DNA of 64,000 nt from Phormidesmis sp. (GCA_965248535.1 CBDFJR010000005.1:1792001-1856000), one strand, 5' to 3'; counted from the stretch's first letter, positions 1-10,605 are shown. Numbers and translations: made by a program. The notes: generated by a model not told the origin, from the letters alone.

Positions 1-35
1 GCTAAAAAAATGTGATGTGACATCGTTACCGTTAC

Positions 36-229
36 CTAGTAGTTCACCAATTCAACGTTGACTAGTACCGATTTTTGGGGATGATGCGATAGTCTTGGGC
101 TGCCGACCCTTGGGGGCGTGCCCCCAAACCCCCATTGGGGGCCGGTTGCCTCCCCCAAACCCCCTGCAAACGAAATCTTGGTTCAGTAGTTCGATATGAC
201 TCCTCAGAGTTAGTTGGGCAGACTACCAG
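36..229. mobile_element. 194-bp MITE-like element, copy 1
   Basis: Colinear, same-length diverged copy at 31141-31334; imperfect terminal inverted repeats CTAGTAGTTCACC...GGCAGACTACCAG; no transposase ORF. Confidence 0.8.
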
Positions 230-232
230 TGT

Positions 233-3007
233 TTATTGCGATTGCAGTCGGGCTTCTAGGGCCTTGCCGATCCGATCGTGCGCTTCTTCTAAATGCGCTT
301 TGGTGTAGAGATCTTTGTCATCTACTTTTCGCATTGCTTGAGCGAGCTTGCCGTGAAGCTGCTTGAGTTCATAGCGGGCGATCGTGCGGGCATCTTCGGG
401 GGCATCGACTTGCCGCAGCACCATTGAGATTAGAGCATTCATATATTCGCGTTGCAGGGCGCGGCGCAGGCTCGATAGTTTAATGCGATCGCCAACGGGC
501 TGCGTCACGTCGCCCCAGATGCTCGTTTGCAGGGTGTCAAATAACTCAGGCATGGTCAGGGCTTGCCCAGGCTCGGTTTTGAGTTCGGCATCTCTGAGAC
601 GAGCGAGGCGATCGTAACTCAGCAAATCAAACAACGCCATCGATTGCAAAAATAGAATGTTGTCGTGAATGGGATAGTCTAAATTGCTCGATGGCTCGGT
701 GCCCCAATGACTCCAGCGAGAGGGCGCAAGTTTGTTGAGAAACTCTGGTGAAAATTGAAAGGTTTCTTCGCTAAAGACATTTTTTTGCAGCATGGCTAGG
801 GCCCGACGCTGCTGGGCTAAGGGCACTGGCTCAAAGGGCAACCGTCCTTTTGCGTCACCATAGCGATAGCGATTAAAGAACTGCCCGCCCACATACTCTG
901 TTAAGAACAGGGAATATTGAAAGTAGTAATCAAACACCGCATTAAACGCAACCCGAACCTCGTTAAAGCTTTCGCCTTGACTGGGGTAGCGGCGATCGAC
1001 TTTTTTCCACATTTCACGAGCGTTGTCCATCTGCCACTGCGTGTAGGTGAGCAGGTCGCCGCTTAGATCAAAGACATTCACCTTGGGGTCTAGAAAAGAC
1101 GAGACATCTTCATCGGTGGCATAGGCGAGGGCTGGCTCTGGGGCCCGTTGAGCAATTTTGTCGAGAAGTCGCGTCTCAGCTTGGGGCACGACTGCCGCGA
1201 TCGGGGTATAGCCATATTCGATCGCCCATTCGTCATAGGGGCCGATGACGGCGGTGAAAAAGTCTCCCTGCTTGGTGCCTTGGGGCGCTAGGTTGACCGG
1301 GTTGTAGTCCATCACGGAGGCGACGAGTCCGTTCTTTTGGGTGATTGCGGTGTTGTTTAAATCTTCGGGTTTGAGCATGGCGCTGCCGTGAAAATTGTGC
1401 CGCAATCCCAAGGTGTGGCCGATTTCATGGGCGATTAACTCGCGCACAAATTCGTGAATGTAGTTTTTCATTTCAGGACTGCTGGGCAAGACGTTTTGAA
1501 ACATTGACAGCGCCATATTGCCGACAGCAAACTGCTTGGCCGCATCTAGCCCATAGCAAAGGTCTTGATAGTTGCCTAAGTGAGCGCCAAACCGCAGTTT
1601 AGGTACAGCAGGCTGATCGGATTTAGCGGCGTGTCGCTTTAGCGATCGGGCCGCCATGCCGTAGCTGCACAAATTGGGATTTCCCGTCAAATGAGCGGCA
1701 AAGGGGGCAGTCTCCATCTGGTTTTGCTCAACGAGGCTGCGATATTCTTGTTTGAGCGATCGCACAAAATCGGCTGACACGATCACGTCTGCGTCTAAGA
1801 TTTCGCCTGTGAGGGGGTTAACTCGCGACGGGCCCATCGCAAAAACGGCATCGGTCGAGTTGAACCAGCGAATCGTGTTGTAGCGCACGTCTGCGGGATT
1901 CCAGTCGGCGTTGTCGGGCATTTGTTTGACCTCGATCGCGTCTTTAAACCCGATTTTTTCAAAGGCGCGATTCCACAGCAACACGCCTTCTCGCACCGCA
2001 TCGCGATATTCAGCAGGAATCGTGTTTTCAAGCCAGAAGACGATCGGCTTTTTAGGCGCAGACAGGGCAGCCGTCGGGTCTTTTTTCTCTAAGTGCCAGC
2101 GATTGATATAGCGAATGAAGGCTTGGCGGGGGGTGTCGTCGTCTAAATCTTTAAAAGCAGTGATGAAATAGCCAATACGATCGTCGGCTAACCGGGGACG
2201 ATAGCCATTATTTTCGGGCAGTTTAGAAAGGCTATAGCGAACCCGCAGATTGAACGATCGGCTGTCGGGCAGGGCCGCAATATAGGTGGGCATTGCGCTG
2301 TTGCCATCGCCGCCCGAAAAGCCAAAAACGGACTCAATCTCGACGTTGAGTGGAAAGGCTTTAGCGGTGCCTAAATAGGATTTAGTGGCATCGATCGTGT
2401 AGCTGCTTTTGAGATAGCTCGCCAGCACGGGCGTGAGTCCGGGGAGGTCGCTTAACAACAGCGGAGTCAGATCAACCAAAATGCTTTTGCGCTGGGGGTG
2501 AATGCTGCGAATCGGCAACACTTCGATCACCGAATCGCTAAACGAACGGTGAATCGATCGCGCCATCGGAGTCCCGGCTTGGGCCCGAAAAAAGGTGTTA
2601 GGCACCACAAACTGAATGCTGTTATTGATGCGACGAAAGGTAAAGAGAAAGTCGCCGAGGGGCAGTCCGCTATAGATGCCGCGTTCGCCTAGCCCCGATT
2701 CGAGGGTCATAGCGGCTAGATAGTTGCGCTCTAGCTGATCGGGCAAAATTTCGGCAAACAGTTTTCCGGTCTTTTGATTTTGGTAGAGCGGAAACAGCCC
2801 CTCCGATCGGGTTGCCCCTAGCACCACTTGATCAAAGGGTTTAAAGGCAGGCTTTTCTACCTCAACTTCAGCGGCCGCAGCCTTTTTGGCGGCCTCTGTG
2901 GGAGCAGTTTGAGCACTCAGTTGACCGGGCAGCCAGTGACGACCTAAGGGCACCATCACCAACAGCAGCCCCAGTAAAAATGCTAGAAAAATTGATCGAG
3001 ATTTCAT
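233..3007 (-). CDS. Secreted zinc-dependent metalloprotease (DUF5117/DUF4953, EcxA-like)
   Basis: N-terminal signal peptide; HEIGHTLGLRH zinc motif; SVMDY Met-turn; 924 aa. Confidence 0.85.
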   Translation of the reverse strand: MKSRSIFLAFLLGLLLVMVPLGRHWLPGQLSAQTAPTEAAKKAAAAEVEVEKPAFKPFDQVVLGATRSEGLFPLYQNQKTGKLFAEILPDQLERNYLAAMTLESGLGERGIYSGLPLGDFLFTFRRINNSIQFVVPNTFFRAQAGTPMARSIHRSFSDSVIEVLPIRSIHPQRKSILVDLTPLLLSDLPGLTPVLASYLKSSYTIDATKSYLGTAKAFPLNVEIESVFGFSGGDGNSAMPTYIAALPDSRSFNLRVRYSLSKLPENNGYRPRLADDRIGYFITAFKDLDDDTPRQAFIRYINRWHLEKKDPTAALSAPKKPIVFWLENTIPAEYRDAVREGVLLWNRAFEKIGFKDAIEVKQMPDNADWNPADVRYNTIRWFNSTDAVFAMGPSRVNPLTGEILDADVIVSADFVRSLKQEYRSLVEQNQMETAPFAAHLTGNPNLCSYGMAARSLKRHAAKSDQPAVPKLRFGAHLGNYQDLCYGLDAAKQFAVGNMALSMFQNVLPSSPEMKNYIHEFVRELIAHEIGHTLGLRHNFHGSAMLKPEDLNNTAITQKNGLVASVMDYNPVNLAPQGTKQGDFFTAVIGPYDEWAIEYGYTPIAAVVPQAETRLLDKIAQRAPEPALAYATDEDVSSFLDPKVNVFDLSGDLLTYTQWQMDNAREMWKKVDRRYPSQGESFNEVRVAFNAVFDYYFQYSLFLTEYVGGQFFNRYRYGDAKGRLPFEPVPLAQQRRALAMLQKNVFSEETFQFSPEFLNKLAPSRWSHWGTEPSSNLDYPIHDNILFLQSMALFDLLSYDRLARLRDAELKTEPGQALTMPELFDTLQTSIWGDVTQPVGDRIKLSSLRRALQREYMNALISMVLRQVDAPEDARTIARYELKQLHGKLAQAMRKVDDKDLYTKAHLEEAHDRIGKALEARLQSQ

Positions 3008-3250
3008 GCTATGCCACTACCACAGAAATTTTGCCGCCGCCGATCGCTACAGCCCGCTGATGATCAACGCTACCTCCCAATGGTAGAAGATGCCATCGGA
3101 GTTTAGTTAATTTTTGAAAGGGGTCTGAAGCTGAAGTCTTAGATTTGGGTTGATCAAGCGGGATCTTGGGAGGCGAATTGCCTTTAGCAATTCCCTAGGC
3201 CTCTCAAAAAGTTGGGTGATATACTCAGAGCGCTTTTGTTAGGTGTAGTG

Positions 3251-3997
3251 GTGAATCACCCCGATCGTCAGACAGCGCTGATTGTGGGAGCCGGACAGGG
3301 AATTGGCTTAGAGTTTGTGCGGCAATTGCTCAACAGCGATCGTATCGGTTGTATCTATGCCACTTACCGATCGCCCTCGTTAGAACTGGGTGCCCTCGCC
3401 GATTCTCGGCTGCACCGCTTCCAGATGGATATCACTGACGAGTTGCAGATTGCCGCCGTAGTTCAAAAAATTCAAACTGAGACTTCAGCCTTGCACACGA
3501 TTATTAATTGTGTGGGTGTGCTGCACGACGGGGCAATGCAACCCGAAAAGAGTCTGCGGCACCTCAATGCCGAGCAACTGATGCACTATTTTCAGGTAAA
3601 CAGCATCGGGGCAGCCCTGTTGGCCAAACACATCCAGCCTTTGTTGAAACATCGCAACCGAGCCATTTTTGCCACGATTTCTGCCAAGGTGGGCAGCATT
3701 GGCGATAACGAGTTAGGTGGATGGTATGGCTATCGTGCGTCTAAAGCCGCGCTGAATATGTTTATGAAAACGGTGGCGATCGAATATCGCCGCACTTGCC
3801 CGACCACGATCGTGGTGACGCTCCATCCCGGCACGACTGACACTCAGCTATCTCGCCCATTTCAGCGCAACGTTGCCCCTGAGAAATTGTTTTCGGTCGA
3901 TCGCACAGTTGGGCAGTTGATGACGGTTCTCGATCGCTTAACTCAAGACGATAGTGGTGAATTTTTTTCGTGGGATGGCAGTCGATTGCCCTGGTAG
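3251..3997 (+). CDS. SDR family oxidoreductase (C-factor/CsgA-like)
   Basis: GAGQGIG Rossmann motif, YRASK catalytic motif, SAKVGSIGDN, LHPGTTDT; GTG at 3251 preferred over ORF start 3212. Confidence 0.85.
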   Translation: MNHPDRQTALIVGAGQGIGLEFVRQLLNSDRIGCIYATYRSPSLELGALADSRLHRFQMDITDELQIAAVVQKIQTETSALHTIINCVGVLHDGAMQPEKSLRHLNAEQLMHYFQVNSIGAALLAKHIQPLLKHRNRAIFATISAKVGSIGDNELGGWYGYRASKAALNMFMKTVAIEYRRTCPTTIVVTLHPGTTDTQLSRPFQRNVAPEKLFSVDRTVGQLMTVLDRLTQDDSGEFFSWDGSRLPW

Positions 3998-4044
3998 CGA
4001 TCGTAGATTAAACAAGAGCACCGATTAAATCAATACCAAGATGT

Positions 4045-4071
4045 GTAGGGGCATGGCATCGCCGTGCCCTC
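4045..4071 (+). repeat. GTAG-type REP-like palindrome
   Basis: GTAGGGGCATGGCATCGCCGTGCCCTC, nearly identical to the copy at 22949-22973; lies between convergent genes. Confidence 0.65.
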
Positions 4072-4080
4072 ACGCAAAAG

Positions 4081-4596
4081 CTATTTGACATTAGCACTCA
4101 TGCCGATTTGGGCAGCGTAAGCGATCGCTAATCCATCCGCCGCGTCATCGGGTTTAGGAAGCTCTGACAGGCTAAAGATCATCATCACGGCTCGCTGCAC
4201 TTCTGACTTATCGGCTCCATATTTTGAGACGGCTGATTTGACCTGCGACTGGTGCAAAAAGATTGGCGATCCTAATCCACATTCTCCTAGGGCTAACTCA
4301 ATCACGCCCAGCGCCCGCAGCACCTTGCCCGCGTTAGTGTTTTCTCTCGTAAAAAAGGGCATTTCTAACGCGGCTACGTCGGGCTTGAGCGACTGACACA
4401 ACTCACAAATATCATCATGAATTTGCTTGAGTCGCTCAAATATCGCCCTCTCTTTTGAAGTTTTGATCACCCCATAATCGAGCACCACGCTATCTCGAAT
4501 TACGCCATATCCGATCGTGGCGATCGCCGGGTCAATCCCTAAAATTGTCTTGCCCGTGAAGTCGATCATGAAATTTATTAGAGACGGCGTGTTCAT
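4081..4596 (-). CDS. ruvC: Crossover junction endodeoxyribonuclease RuvC family (divergent)
   Basis: ILGIDP, ALE, ADKxxV and KPDDAADxLAIA motifs; start may be the ATG at 4569. Confidence 0.8.
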   Translation of the reverse strand: MNTPSLINFMIDFTGKTILGIDPAIATIGYGVIRDSVVLDYGVIKTSKERAIFERLKQIHDDICELCQSLKPDVAALEMPFFTRENTNAGKVLRALGVIELALGECGLGSPIFLHQSQVKSAVSKYGADKSEVQRAVMMIFSLSELPKPDDAADGLAIAYAAQIGMSANVK

Positions 4597-4636
4597 TCAT
4601 GATACACCCGAACTAATTACGCCCCTCTGCTCATTT

Positions 4637-5638
4637 TTAGAACTGCTTTAAGAACCGCAAATCGCTGCTGTAGAGCCGCCGAATATCATCAATCTGGTGC
4701 ATCACCATTGCCAATCGCTCGACCCCAAACCCCGCCGCAAACCCGGTATACACTTCAGGATCATAGCCCACGGCTTTAAGCACATTGGGATCAACCATAC
4801 CGCAGCCCAAAATCTCTAGCCAGCGACCTTTCCACTGCACATCAACCTCGGCAGACGGCTCGGTGAAGGGGAAAAAACTCGGCCGAAAGCGAATCGGCAA
4901 ATCACCAAACATTTCCTGCAAAAACACTTTGATCGTGCCTTTGAGATCGGTGAAGGTCAGCCCCTCGTCGATCGCTAAAATTTCAATCTGGTTAAACACG
5001 GCTGAGTGAGTGGCATCCACCGTGTCACGACGATAGACCCGACCCGGCACCGCAATCCTAATCGGCGGATCGTTATTTTCCATATAGCGGATCTGCACCG
5101 TCGAGGTGTGGGTTCTCAACAGGTTGCCATCGGGCAAATAAAGCGTGTCTTGCATATCTCGCGCCGGGTGATCGGGCAAGAAATTTAGCGCCTCAAAGTT
5201 GTAGTAGTCGGTCTCCATCTCTGGGCCTTCGGCGACGGTGTAACCCATGCCGACGAAGATATCTAGCACCTGATCGATCGTGCCATTGAGAGGATGCACT
5301 CGACCCTGAGGGCGGAAGACTCCGGGCATAGTCACGTCGATCGCCTCTGCCTCTAACCGGGCTTGAATCTGGGCCGTTTGCAATGCAGTGCGCTTGCGAT
5401 CGAGGTCTCCCTGAATCGCTTCTTTGACCTCATTGGCCCGGGCCCCAATGCGCGGCCGCTCGGCTGGGTCAAGTTTGCCCATGCCCCCCAGCACTTGGGG
5501 AATCGGCCCTTTTTTGCCGAGATATTTAACGCGAAGCTGCTCTAGCTGGTCGAGCGTTTCGGTGGCAGCAATGGCGGCTTGGGCTTCTCGCCGGATAGCA
5601 TCTAACTGAGATTCAAGTTCGATCGTCTGAGCAGTCAT
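4637..5638 (-). CDS. pheS: Phenylalanine--tRNA ligase alpha subunit
   Basis: [41 protein letters not shown] at 5638 chosen because the longer ORF overlaps surE. Confidence 0.97.
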   Translation of the reverse strand: MTAQTIELESQLDAIRREAQAAIAATETLDQLEQLRVKYLGKKGPIPQVLGGMGKLDPAERPRIGARANEVKEAIQGDLDRKRTALQTAQIQARLEAEAIDVTMPGVFRPQGRVHPLNGTIDQVLDIFVGMGYTVAEGPEMETDYYNFEALNFLPDHPARDMQDTLYLPDGNLLRTHTSTVQIRYMENNDPPIRIAVPGRVYRRDTVDATHSAVFNQIEILAIDEGLTFTDLKGTIKVFLQEMFGDLPIRFRPSFFPFTEPSAEVDVQWKGRWLEILGCGMVDPNVLKAVGYDPEVYTGFAAGFGVERLAMVMHQIDDIRRLYSSDLRFLKQF

Positions 5639-5711
5639 ACTAAGAAATGATAGAGGTGCTGGACGCAAATACCGCGTAAAGTCGATGTGTTTTATTAGTT
5701 TAGTTGATTGA

Positions 5712-6509
5712 ATGAAACTCCTGATCAGCAACGACGATGGTGTTTATGCGCTGGGCATTCGGACGTTGGCCAACACCCTGGCAACCGCGGGACATGACGT
5801 GACGGTGGTCTGCCCCGATCGTGAGCGCTCTGCCACCGGACACGGACTCACTCTGCATCAACCGATTAGAGCCGAGGTGGTTGAGTCGGTTTTTCACCCG
5901 TCTATCAAAGCTTGGGCCTGTTCGGGTACGCCCTCAGACTGCGTGAAGCTGGCGCTTTGGGCGCTGTTAGACAGTCCGCCTGATTTTGTGCTGTCGGGCA
6001 TTAATCATGGCTCAAATCTGGGCACCGATGTGCTTTATTCGGGCACGGTCTCCGCAGCGATGGAAGGCACGATCGAGGGAATTCCTAGCGTTGCTTTTAG
6101 TTTGACGAGCTTTAAAGGTCACGACTTTCAGCCTGCGGCTGACTTTGCCTGTTTGCTCGTGCAGCAGTTAAAGGAGAGACCTTTGCCAGAGTTGACCTTG
6201 CTGAATGTGAATGTTCCAGCGATCGCCGCTTCTGAGATCAAGGGAGCGATCGTGACTCGTCAAGGCATTCGTCGCTATGTAGATGTGTTTGAAAAACGCG
6301 CTGATCCTAGAGGCAAAACCTATTATTGGTTAGCTGGAGAGGTGCTCGAAGATGTCGAAGATCCGCGTATGCCAGATCAAGTTCCGACTGATGTGCAAGC
6401 CAATCGAGAGCACTACATTACCATCACACCCCTGCACTACAATCTCACGTCGCCTTCTGGCTTAGAGACAATGCAGAAATGGGCACAGGGGCTTCCTCAA
6501 ATAGGTTGA
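5712..6509 (+). CDS. surE: 5'/3'-nucleotidase SurE
   Basis: [34 protein letters not shown]. Confidence 0.96.
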   Translation: MKLLISNDDGVYALGIRTLANTLATAGHDVTVVCPDRERSATGHGLTLHQPIRAEVVESVFHPSIKAWACSGTPSDCVKLALWALLDSPPDFVLSGINHGSNLGTDVLYSGTVSAAMEGTIEGIPSVAFSLTSFKGHDFQPAADFACLLVQQLKERPLPELTLLNVNVPAIAASEIKGAIVTRQGIRRYVDVFEKRADPRGKTYYWLAGEVLEDVEDPRMPDQVPTDVQANREHYITITPLHYNLTSPSGLETMQKWAQGLPQIG

Positions 6510-6671
6510 GAACTGGTTCAATAAAGCTAAATCAGAAGTCTTAAATGTCTGATTTTAGAGGTCGATCATGGCCATTTTATTGCTAAGTCTTACGCCCTAT
6601 TTGCTAAGAAGTGATGAGTCATTTAATCTGAACGTCATCGCTTTTTCCTTTTCGCCCTTTTATAATTTGCC

Positions 6672-7907
6672 ATGTTTTCTAGAATTCGTCGTTTGATCCA
6701 TCGGTTCTTTAATCGATCGAGCAGGCTCAATAATGAGCCGCTCAACAAAGTGAGCTTAATCGTGCTCATTTTGATTGATCTATTTATCTTATTCAACGTC
6801 TTTTCAGGACTCAATGATATTAGTGGATGGCATCTCGCGCCTTCGCAGTCCTATCCTTGTTATTCTGACTGGAAAAGTTATCAAACCGAAACTAATCAAA
6901 CTAAAAACTACACGACAATTCATGACACGGTTACGTCCTCCTATCCCGGTTCACCTGCTTTTCGGAAAACCTATCAGCAAGCCGAAATCGGACATTTAGG
7001 CAACGTTTCTGAAACCTGCCTCAAATATGCAGACTATCAAGACAAGATCAAAACTCCTGAAAATCAGAAAACGGTCAATCTCATTGATCAGAAGCAAAAT
7101 AGAGTCAACACGATCGAGCAGAGCGATCGCAAGATTCGGGAGCAATATGACTCAACGCTCTTAGAAAAAATTGCGGGTCAGACTCGTGAGCAATCGATTA
7201 ACGCTGTCGGTGCTGAAAAAGCCAAGCAGGAGCTAGATCAAAATAGCCGAACGACTTCTACACTCAAAACAGAAATTTCTAGTCTTAAAACTCAGCTAAT
7301 TACCAAGCCAGAGACTGCTAGTTTTATCGCTTTTTTGAACGATCGCGGCAGTTTTGAAACCGTCGAAAAAGGCTATCAACAAGCCTCTTTTTGGTATCCC
7401 AGCCTTCAGCTTGTTTTTCAGGCTCTCTTTCTATTGCCATTGATTTTGATTGCTTTATCGGTCTATAAGTTTGCTCAACGCAAAGGCTATGGTCTGATCT
7501 CGCTAATTAGCTGGCATTTGCTGGTGATCTTCTTTATTCCCCTGATTTTCAAAGTTTTTGAGTTTCTGCAAGTTGGGGCGCTGTTTGAGCTTTTCTTTAA
7601 CGTCATCAAAGCGCTGTTTGGTGGGTTAGTATTTCTGATTAATTATGTTTACATTCTGCTGATTCCACTGGTTGGGTTTGGGATTATCAAATTCTTTCAA
7701 AAGTTTGCGTTTAATCCCAAAGTTCAAGCCGCAAATCGAGTGCAAAAGTCAGAATGTTTGCGATGTGCCAAAAAAATTCGTCATCATGATTCTCATTGCC
7801 CTCACTGCGGTTATTCTCAATATACCGAGTGTCCCAACTGTCACGATTTGACTTACAAAAATTTACCGCATTGCAAACAGTGCGGACAGTCTCAAACATT
7901 TAGCTAG
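6672..7907 (+). CDS. Membrane protein with coiled-coil soluble domain and C-terminal double zinc ribbon
   Basis: One N-terminal TM, long helical region, several TMs, then four CxxC pairs. Confidence 0.7.
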   Translation: MFSRIRRLIHRFFNRSSRLNNEPLNKVSLIVLILIDLFILFNVFSGLNDISGWHLAPSQSYPCYSDWKSYQTETNQTKNYTTIHDTVTSSYPGSPAFRKTYQQAEIGHLGNVSETCLKYADYQDKIKTPENQKTVNLIDQKQNRVNTIEQSDRKIREQYDSTLLEKIAGQTREQSINAVGAEKAKQELDQNSRTTSTLKTEISSLKTQLITKPETASFIAFLNDRGSFETVEKGYQQASFWYPSLQLVFQALFLLPLILIALSVYKFAQRKGYGLISLISWHLLVIFFIPLIFKVFEFLQVGALFELFFNVIKALFGGLVFLINYVYILLIPLVGFGIIKFFQKFAFNPKVQAANRVQKSECLRCAKKIRHHDSHCPHCGYSQYTECPNCHDLTYKNLPHCKQCGQSQTFS

Positions 7908-8101
7908 GCCTGGTCAGACTGATAATAATTGAGGGCTGCTGTCTTAGAAAGACGATCTTGACCATCCGCTTCTTCCATTAGCTGCGCTAGACCAAAGTTC
8001 TCTAAGATTTCTTCAATTTGCTCAAACTCAGCGATCGAAATCTGTACAGCAACTGCTTGCTGATTTTCATCTAACACATAACGCTTTTGAATTTCTAGCA
8101 T
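7904..8101 (-). CDS. Small acidic protein, antitoxin-like
   Basis: 65 aa; YVLDENQQAVAVQISIAEFEQIEE resembles small antitoxins found upstream of RelE-type toxins; recognised from memory only. Confidence 0.55.
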   Translation of the reverse strand: MLEIQKRYVLDENQQAVAVQISIAEFEQIEEILENFGLAQLMEEADGQDRLSKTAALNYYQSDQA

Positions 8102-8315
8102 GGCGAAATTGAATTCTGCTCTTTTATCTTGTCACAATCTTTGTAAGAGAACATTAGTGCCAGGGATCTGGACAATTTGAGCAAACTAGCTTTTTGGACG
8201 TACTGCAAGTCACCGCTTAGAGCTAGAGGAAAATCCTCATTTAAAAGCGTGAGGTTATTCCTTGCCAAACCCGTACAATTCTAAAATTGAGTAACGGTTG
8301 TAGTAGGACATCACT

Positions 8316-9626
8316 GTGGCGTTTAAAGTTGGTTTACTTGGATTGGGCACCGTCGGCACCGGAACCGTTGAGATCTTGCGCGACCCGGCTCAACGGCATC
8401 CCCTGCTGCAAGAGTTAGTTCTTCACAAAGTCGGAGTCCGATCGCTCGACAAAGCCCGATCGCTCAACCTCTCCGCAGACCTGCTCACCACTGACCTAGA
8501 CGCGATCGTCACTGACCCTGAAATCGATATCGTCGTCGAAGTCATCGGCGGTTTAGAACCGGCCCGATCGCTGATTCTCAAAGCAATCGCCCACAAAAAA
8601 CACGTCGTGACCGCTAACAAGGCCGCGATCGCCCGATTTGGTGACGAGATCTTTACGGCCGCCTCAAAAGCCGGAGTCTATGTCTTATTAGAAGCCGCTG
8701 TCGGAGGCGGAATTCCGGTGATTGAGCCGCTCAAACAATCGCTGTGCGCCAATCGCATCAACACGGTTACAGGCATTGTCAACGGCACCACCAACTACAT
8801 TCTGACCCGGATGCAAACCGAGGGCGGCGACTTTGGCGAAATTTTGGCAGACGCTCAACAGCTAGGCTACGCGGAGGCTGACCCAACAGCAGATGTCGAT
8901 GGGTTAGATGCTGCCGATAAGATTGCCATTCTTGCGTCTCTCGCGTTTAGTGGCCGCATTAAGCTCTCAGAAGTCCACTGTGAGGGCATTCGGCAGGTGG
9001 GCGCAGCCGATATTGCCTATGCCGAAAAGCTGGGATTTGTGATCAAGCTGTTGGCGATCGCTAAACGTGAATCCGACGAACAACTACAGGTTAGGGTGCA
9101 TCCGACCCTTGTACCTAAAGCCCATCCTCTCGCCAGTGTGAATGATGTTTATAACGCGATTTTGATCGAAGGCGACCCGATCGGGCAGGTCATGTTTTTT
9201 GGTCGCGGAGCCGGGGCAGGCCCGACTGCTAGCGCCGTGGTCGCAGATATTCTCAATATCGCCGCCCTCTTAAAAGTCGGACGGGGACAGGTCACCCAGG
9301 CAGACGGAACGCCGCTACTTGACCCTTTGTTGGCGTGTTCGCACCAGCACTATTGCACGATCGCACCGATGGAAGAGTTAGTGACTCGCTTTTATGCTCG
9401 GTTTATGACTCAAGATTATGCGGGTGTGATCGGCAGGCTGGGCACTTGTTTTGGTGATCACGAAGTCAGCCTAGAGTCCGTCGTGCAAGCCGGAATTCGC
9501 GATGGACTGGCGGAAATTGTGGTTGTTACCCACGATGTTCGAGAAGGCAATTTCCGCAAGGCGCTGGATGAGATTCAACGCATGACCACTGTTGCCAATG
9601 TCGCCAGTGTGCTGCGGGTGTTGTAA
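8316..9626 (+). CDS. hom: Homoserine dehydrogenase with C-terminal ACT domain
   Basis: GLGTVG, VVTANK, EAAVGGGIP, GYAEADP, GAGAGPTASAV. Confidence 0.95.
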   Translation: MAFKVGLLGLGTVGTGTVEILRDPAQRHPLLQELVLHKVGVRSLDKARSLNLSADLLTTDLDAIVTDPEIDIVVEVIGGLEPARSLILKAIAHKKHVVTANKAAIARFGDEIFTAASKAGVYVLLEAAVGGGIPVIEPLKQSLCANRINTVTGIVNGTTNYILTRMQTEGGDFGEILADAQQLGYAEADPTADVDGLDAADKIAILASLAFSGRIKLSEVHCEGIRQVGAADIAYAEKLGFVIKLLAIAKRESDEQLQVRVHPTLVPKAHPLASVNDVYNAILIEGDPIGQVMFFGRGAGAGPTASAVVADILNIAALLKVGRGQVTQADGTPLLDPLLACSHQHYCTIAPMEELVTRFYARFMTQDYAGVIGRLGTCFGDHEVSLESVVQAGIRDGLAEIVVVTHDVREGNFRKALDEIQRMTTVANVASVLRVL

Positions 9627-9733
9627 TCGTTGCAATGAGAATCTATAACCCGGTCTAACCTAGCCCAAATTTCAAGTCGGAGCGGGAGATCGGGCAACCC
9701 TTAAAACTGGTGCAAGCCATCAGTTCGCTGTCT

Positions 9734-10060
9734 CTAATTAGGCGGAAAAACTATTTGAGTAGAAGACGTGGCTCGCGTTGCCAACCAACTCTTAAAGGAG
9801 CGATCGCTCTCACCACTTTGCCGACCTGCTAACAATCCTTCAACCCCGATATGTTCGTCTAAGTCAACCCACTCGATCGCATAGCCGTCTCCTAAAATCT
9901 GCCAGTTTTGCCGCTCCTCTTGAGAAGCGTGCAGCAAACGTGGGTACCACGATAAGGGAACGATTAAGCTGCGCCCATCGATTAAATCCACGATTAACTT
10001 TTCGTCAGTTAGGCTGATGAGTGCTGCAAGAGGGTCTGTCTCAAGCGTCAAAGTAGTCAT
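9734..10060 (-). CDS. DUF2442 domain protein (putative antitoxin)
   Basis: DGRxLIVPLSWYPRLLHAS...WxDLDEHIGVEGLLAG signature; overlaps the upstream DUF4160 gene. Confidence 0.8.
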   Translation of the reverse strand: MTTLTLETDPLAALISLTDEKLIVDLIDGRSLIVPLSWYPRLLHASQEERQNWQILGDGYAIEWVDLDEHIGVEGLLAGRQSGESDRSFKSWLATRATSSTQIVFPPN

Positions 10061-10277
10061 GCCAAGCCTCCAACAGTGCTTGTTCGTGTTCCTTCACAAG
10101 ACGAGCAATGTCATTTAACTCGTGGTCTTTTAACCCTCGATTTTTTGCTAGAGAAACCGGACTAAGCCAAAACTTCGCTAACTGTCGATCGCGCTTAACG
10201 TGAATGTGAGCAGGTTCGCCTCGATCAGAACTGAAAAAAATGAAACAGTAAGGGCCAACCTGAAAAGCTGTGGGCAT
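10041..10277 (-). CDS. DUF4160 domain protein (putative toxin)
   Basis: MPT...FxFFSSDRGEPAHIHV...AKFWL...LLEAWHDYF signature. Confidence 0.8.
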   Translation of the reverse strand: MPTAFQVGPYCFIFFSSDRGEPAHIHVKRDRQLAKFWLSPVSLAKNRGLKDHELNDIARLVKEHEQALLEAWHDYFDA

Positions 10278-10317
10278 TTAGCGGGGTTCGTATAAAAATG
10301 AAATTGGGACGAATCTA

Positions 10318-10605
10318 TCAATCTCCAGTGACGATCTTGGGCACTTTGAAAAACTCGCCTTCACGATCGGGCGCACCCTCTAAAATATCTTCGCGAGGAT
10401 AGGGCTGCTGACGATCGGCGCGCACCACGTTGCTGACCTCGATCGCACGAGTTGTAGGCTTTACATCTGTGACATCTAACTCACTCAGCAACTCAAAATA
10501 ATCTAGAATGCTGCCGAGTTGAGTGGTGAATTTTTCTTCTTCGGCGGGGGTTAGCTGCAACCGAGCGAGATGAGCAACTTTTTGAACTTGGGCACGATCG
10601 AGCAT
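10318..10605 (-). CDS. gatC: Asp/Glu-tRNA amidotransferase subunit C
   Basis: VAHLARL...FFKVPKI; 95 aa. Confidence 0.95.
   Translation of the reverse strand: MLDRAQVQKVAHLARLQLTPAEEEKFTTQLGSILDYFELLSELDVTDVKPTTRAIEVSNVVRADRQQPYPREDILEGAPDREGEFFKVPKIVTGD

Noticed and set aside
5639..5731. N-terminal extension of pheS in the ORF track
   Set aside because: It would overlap the divergent surE start; the ATG at 5638 gives a normal-length protein
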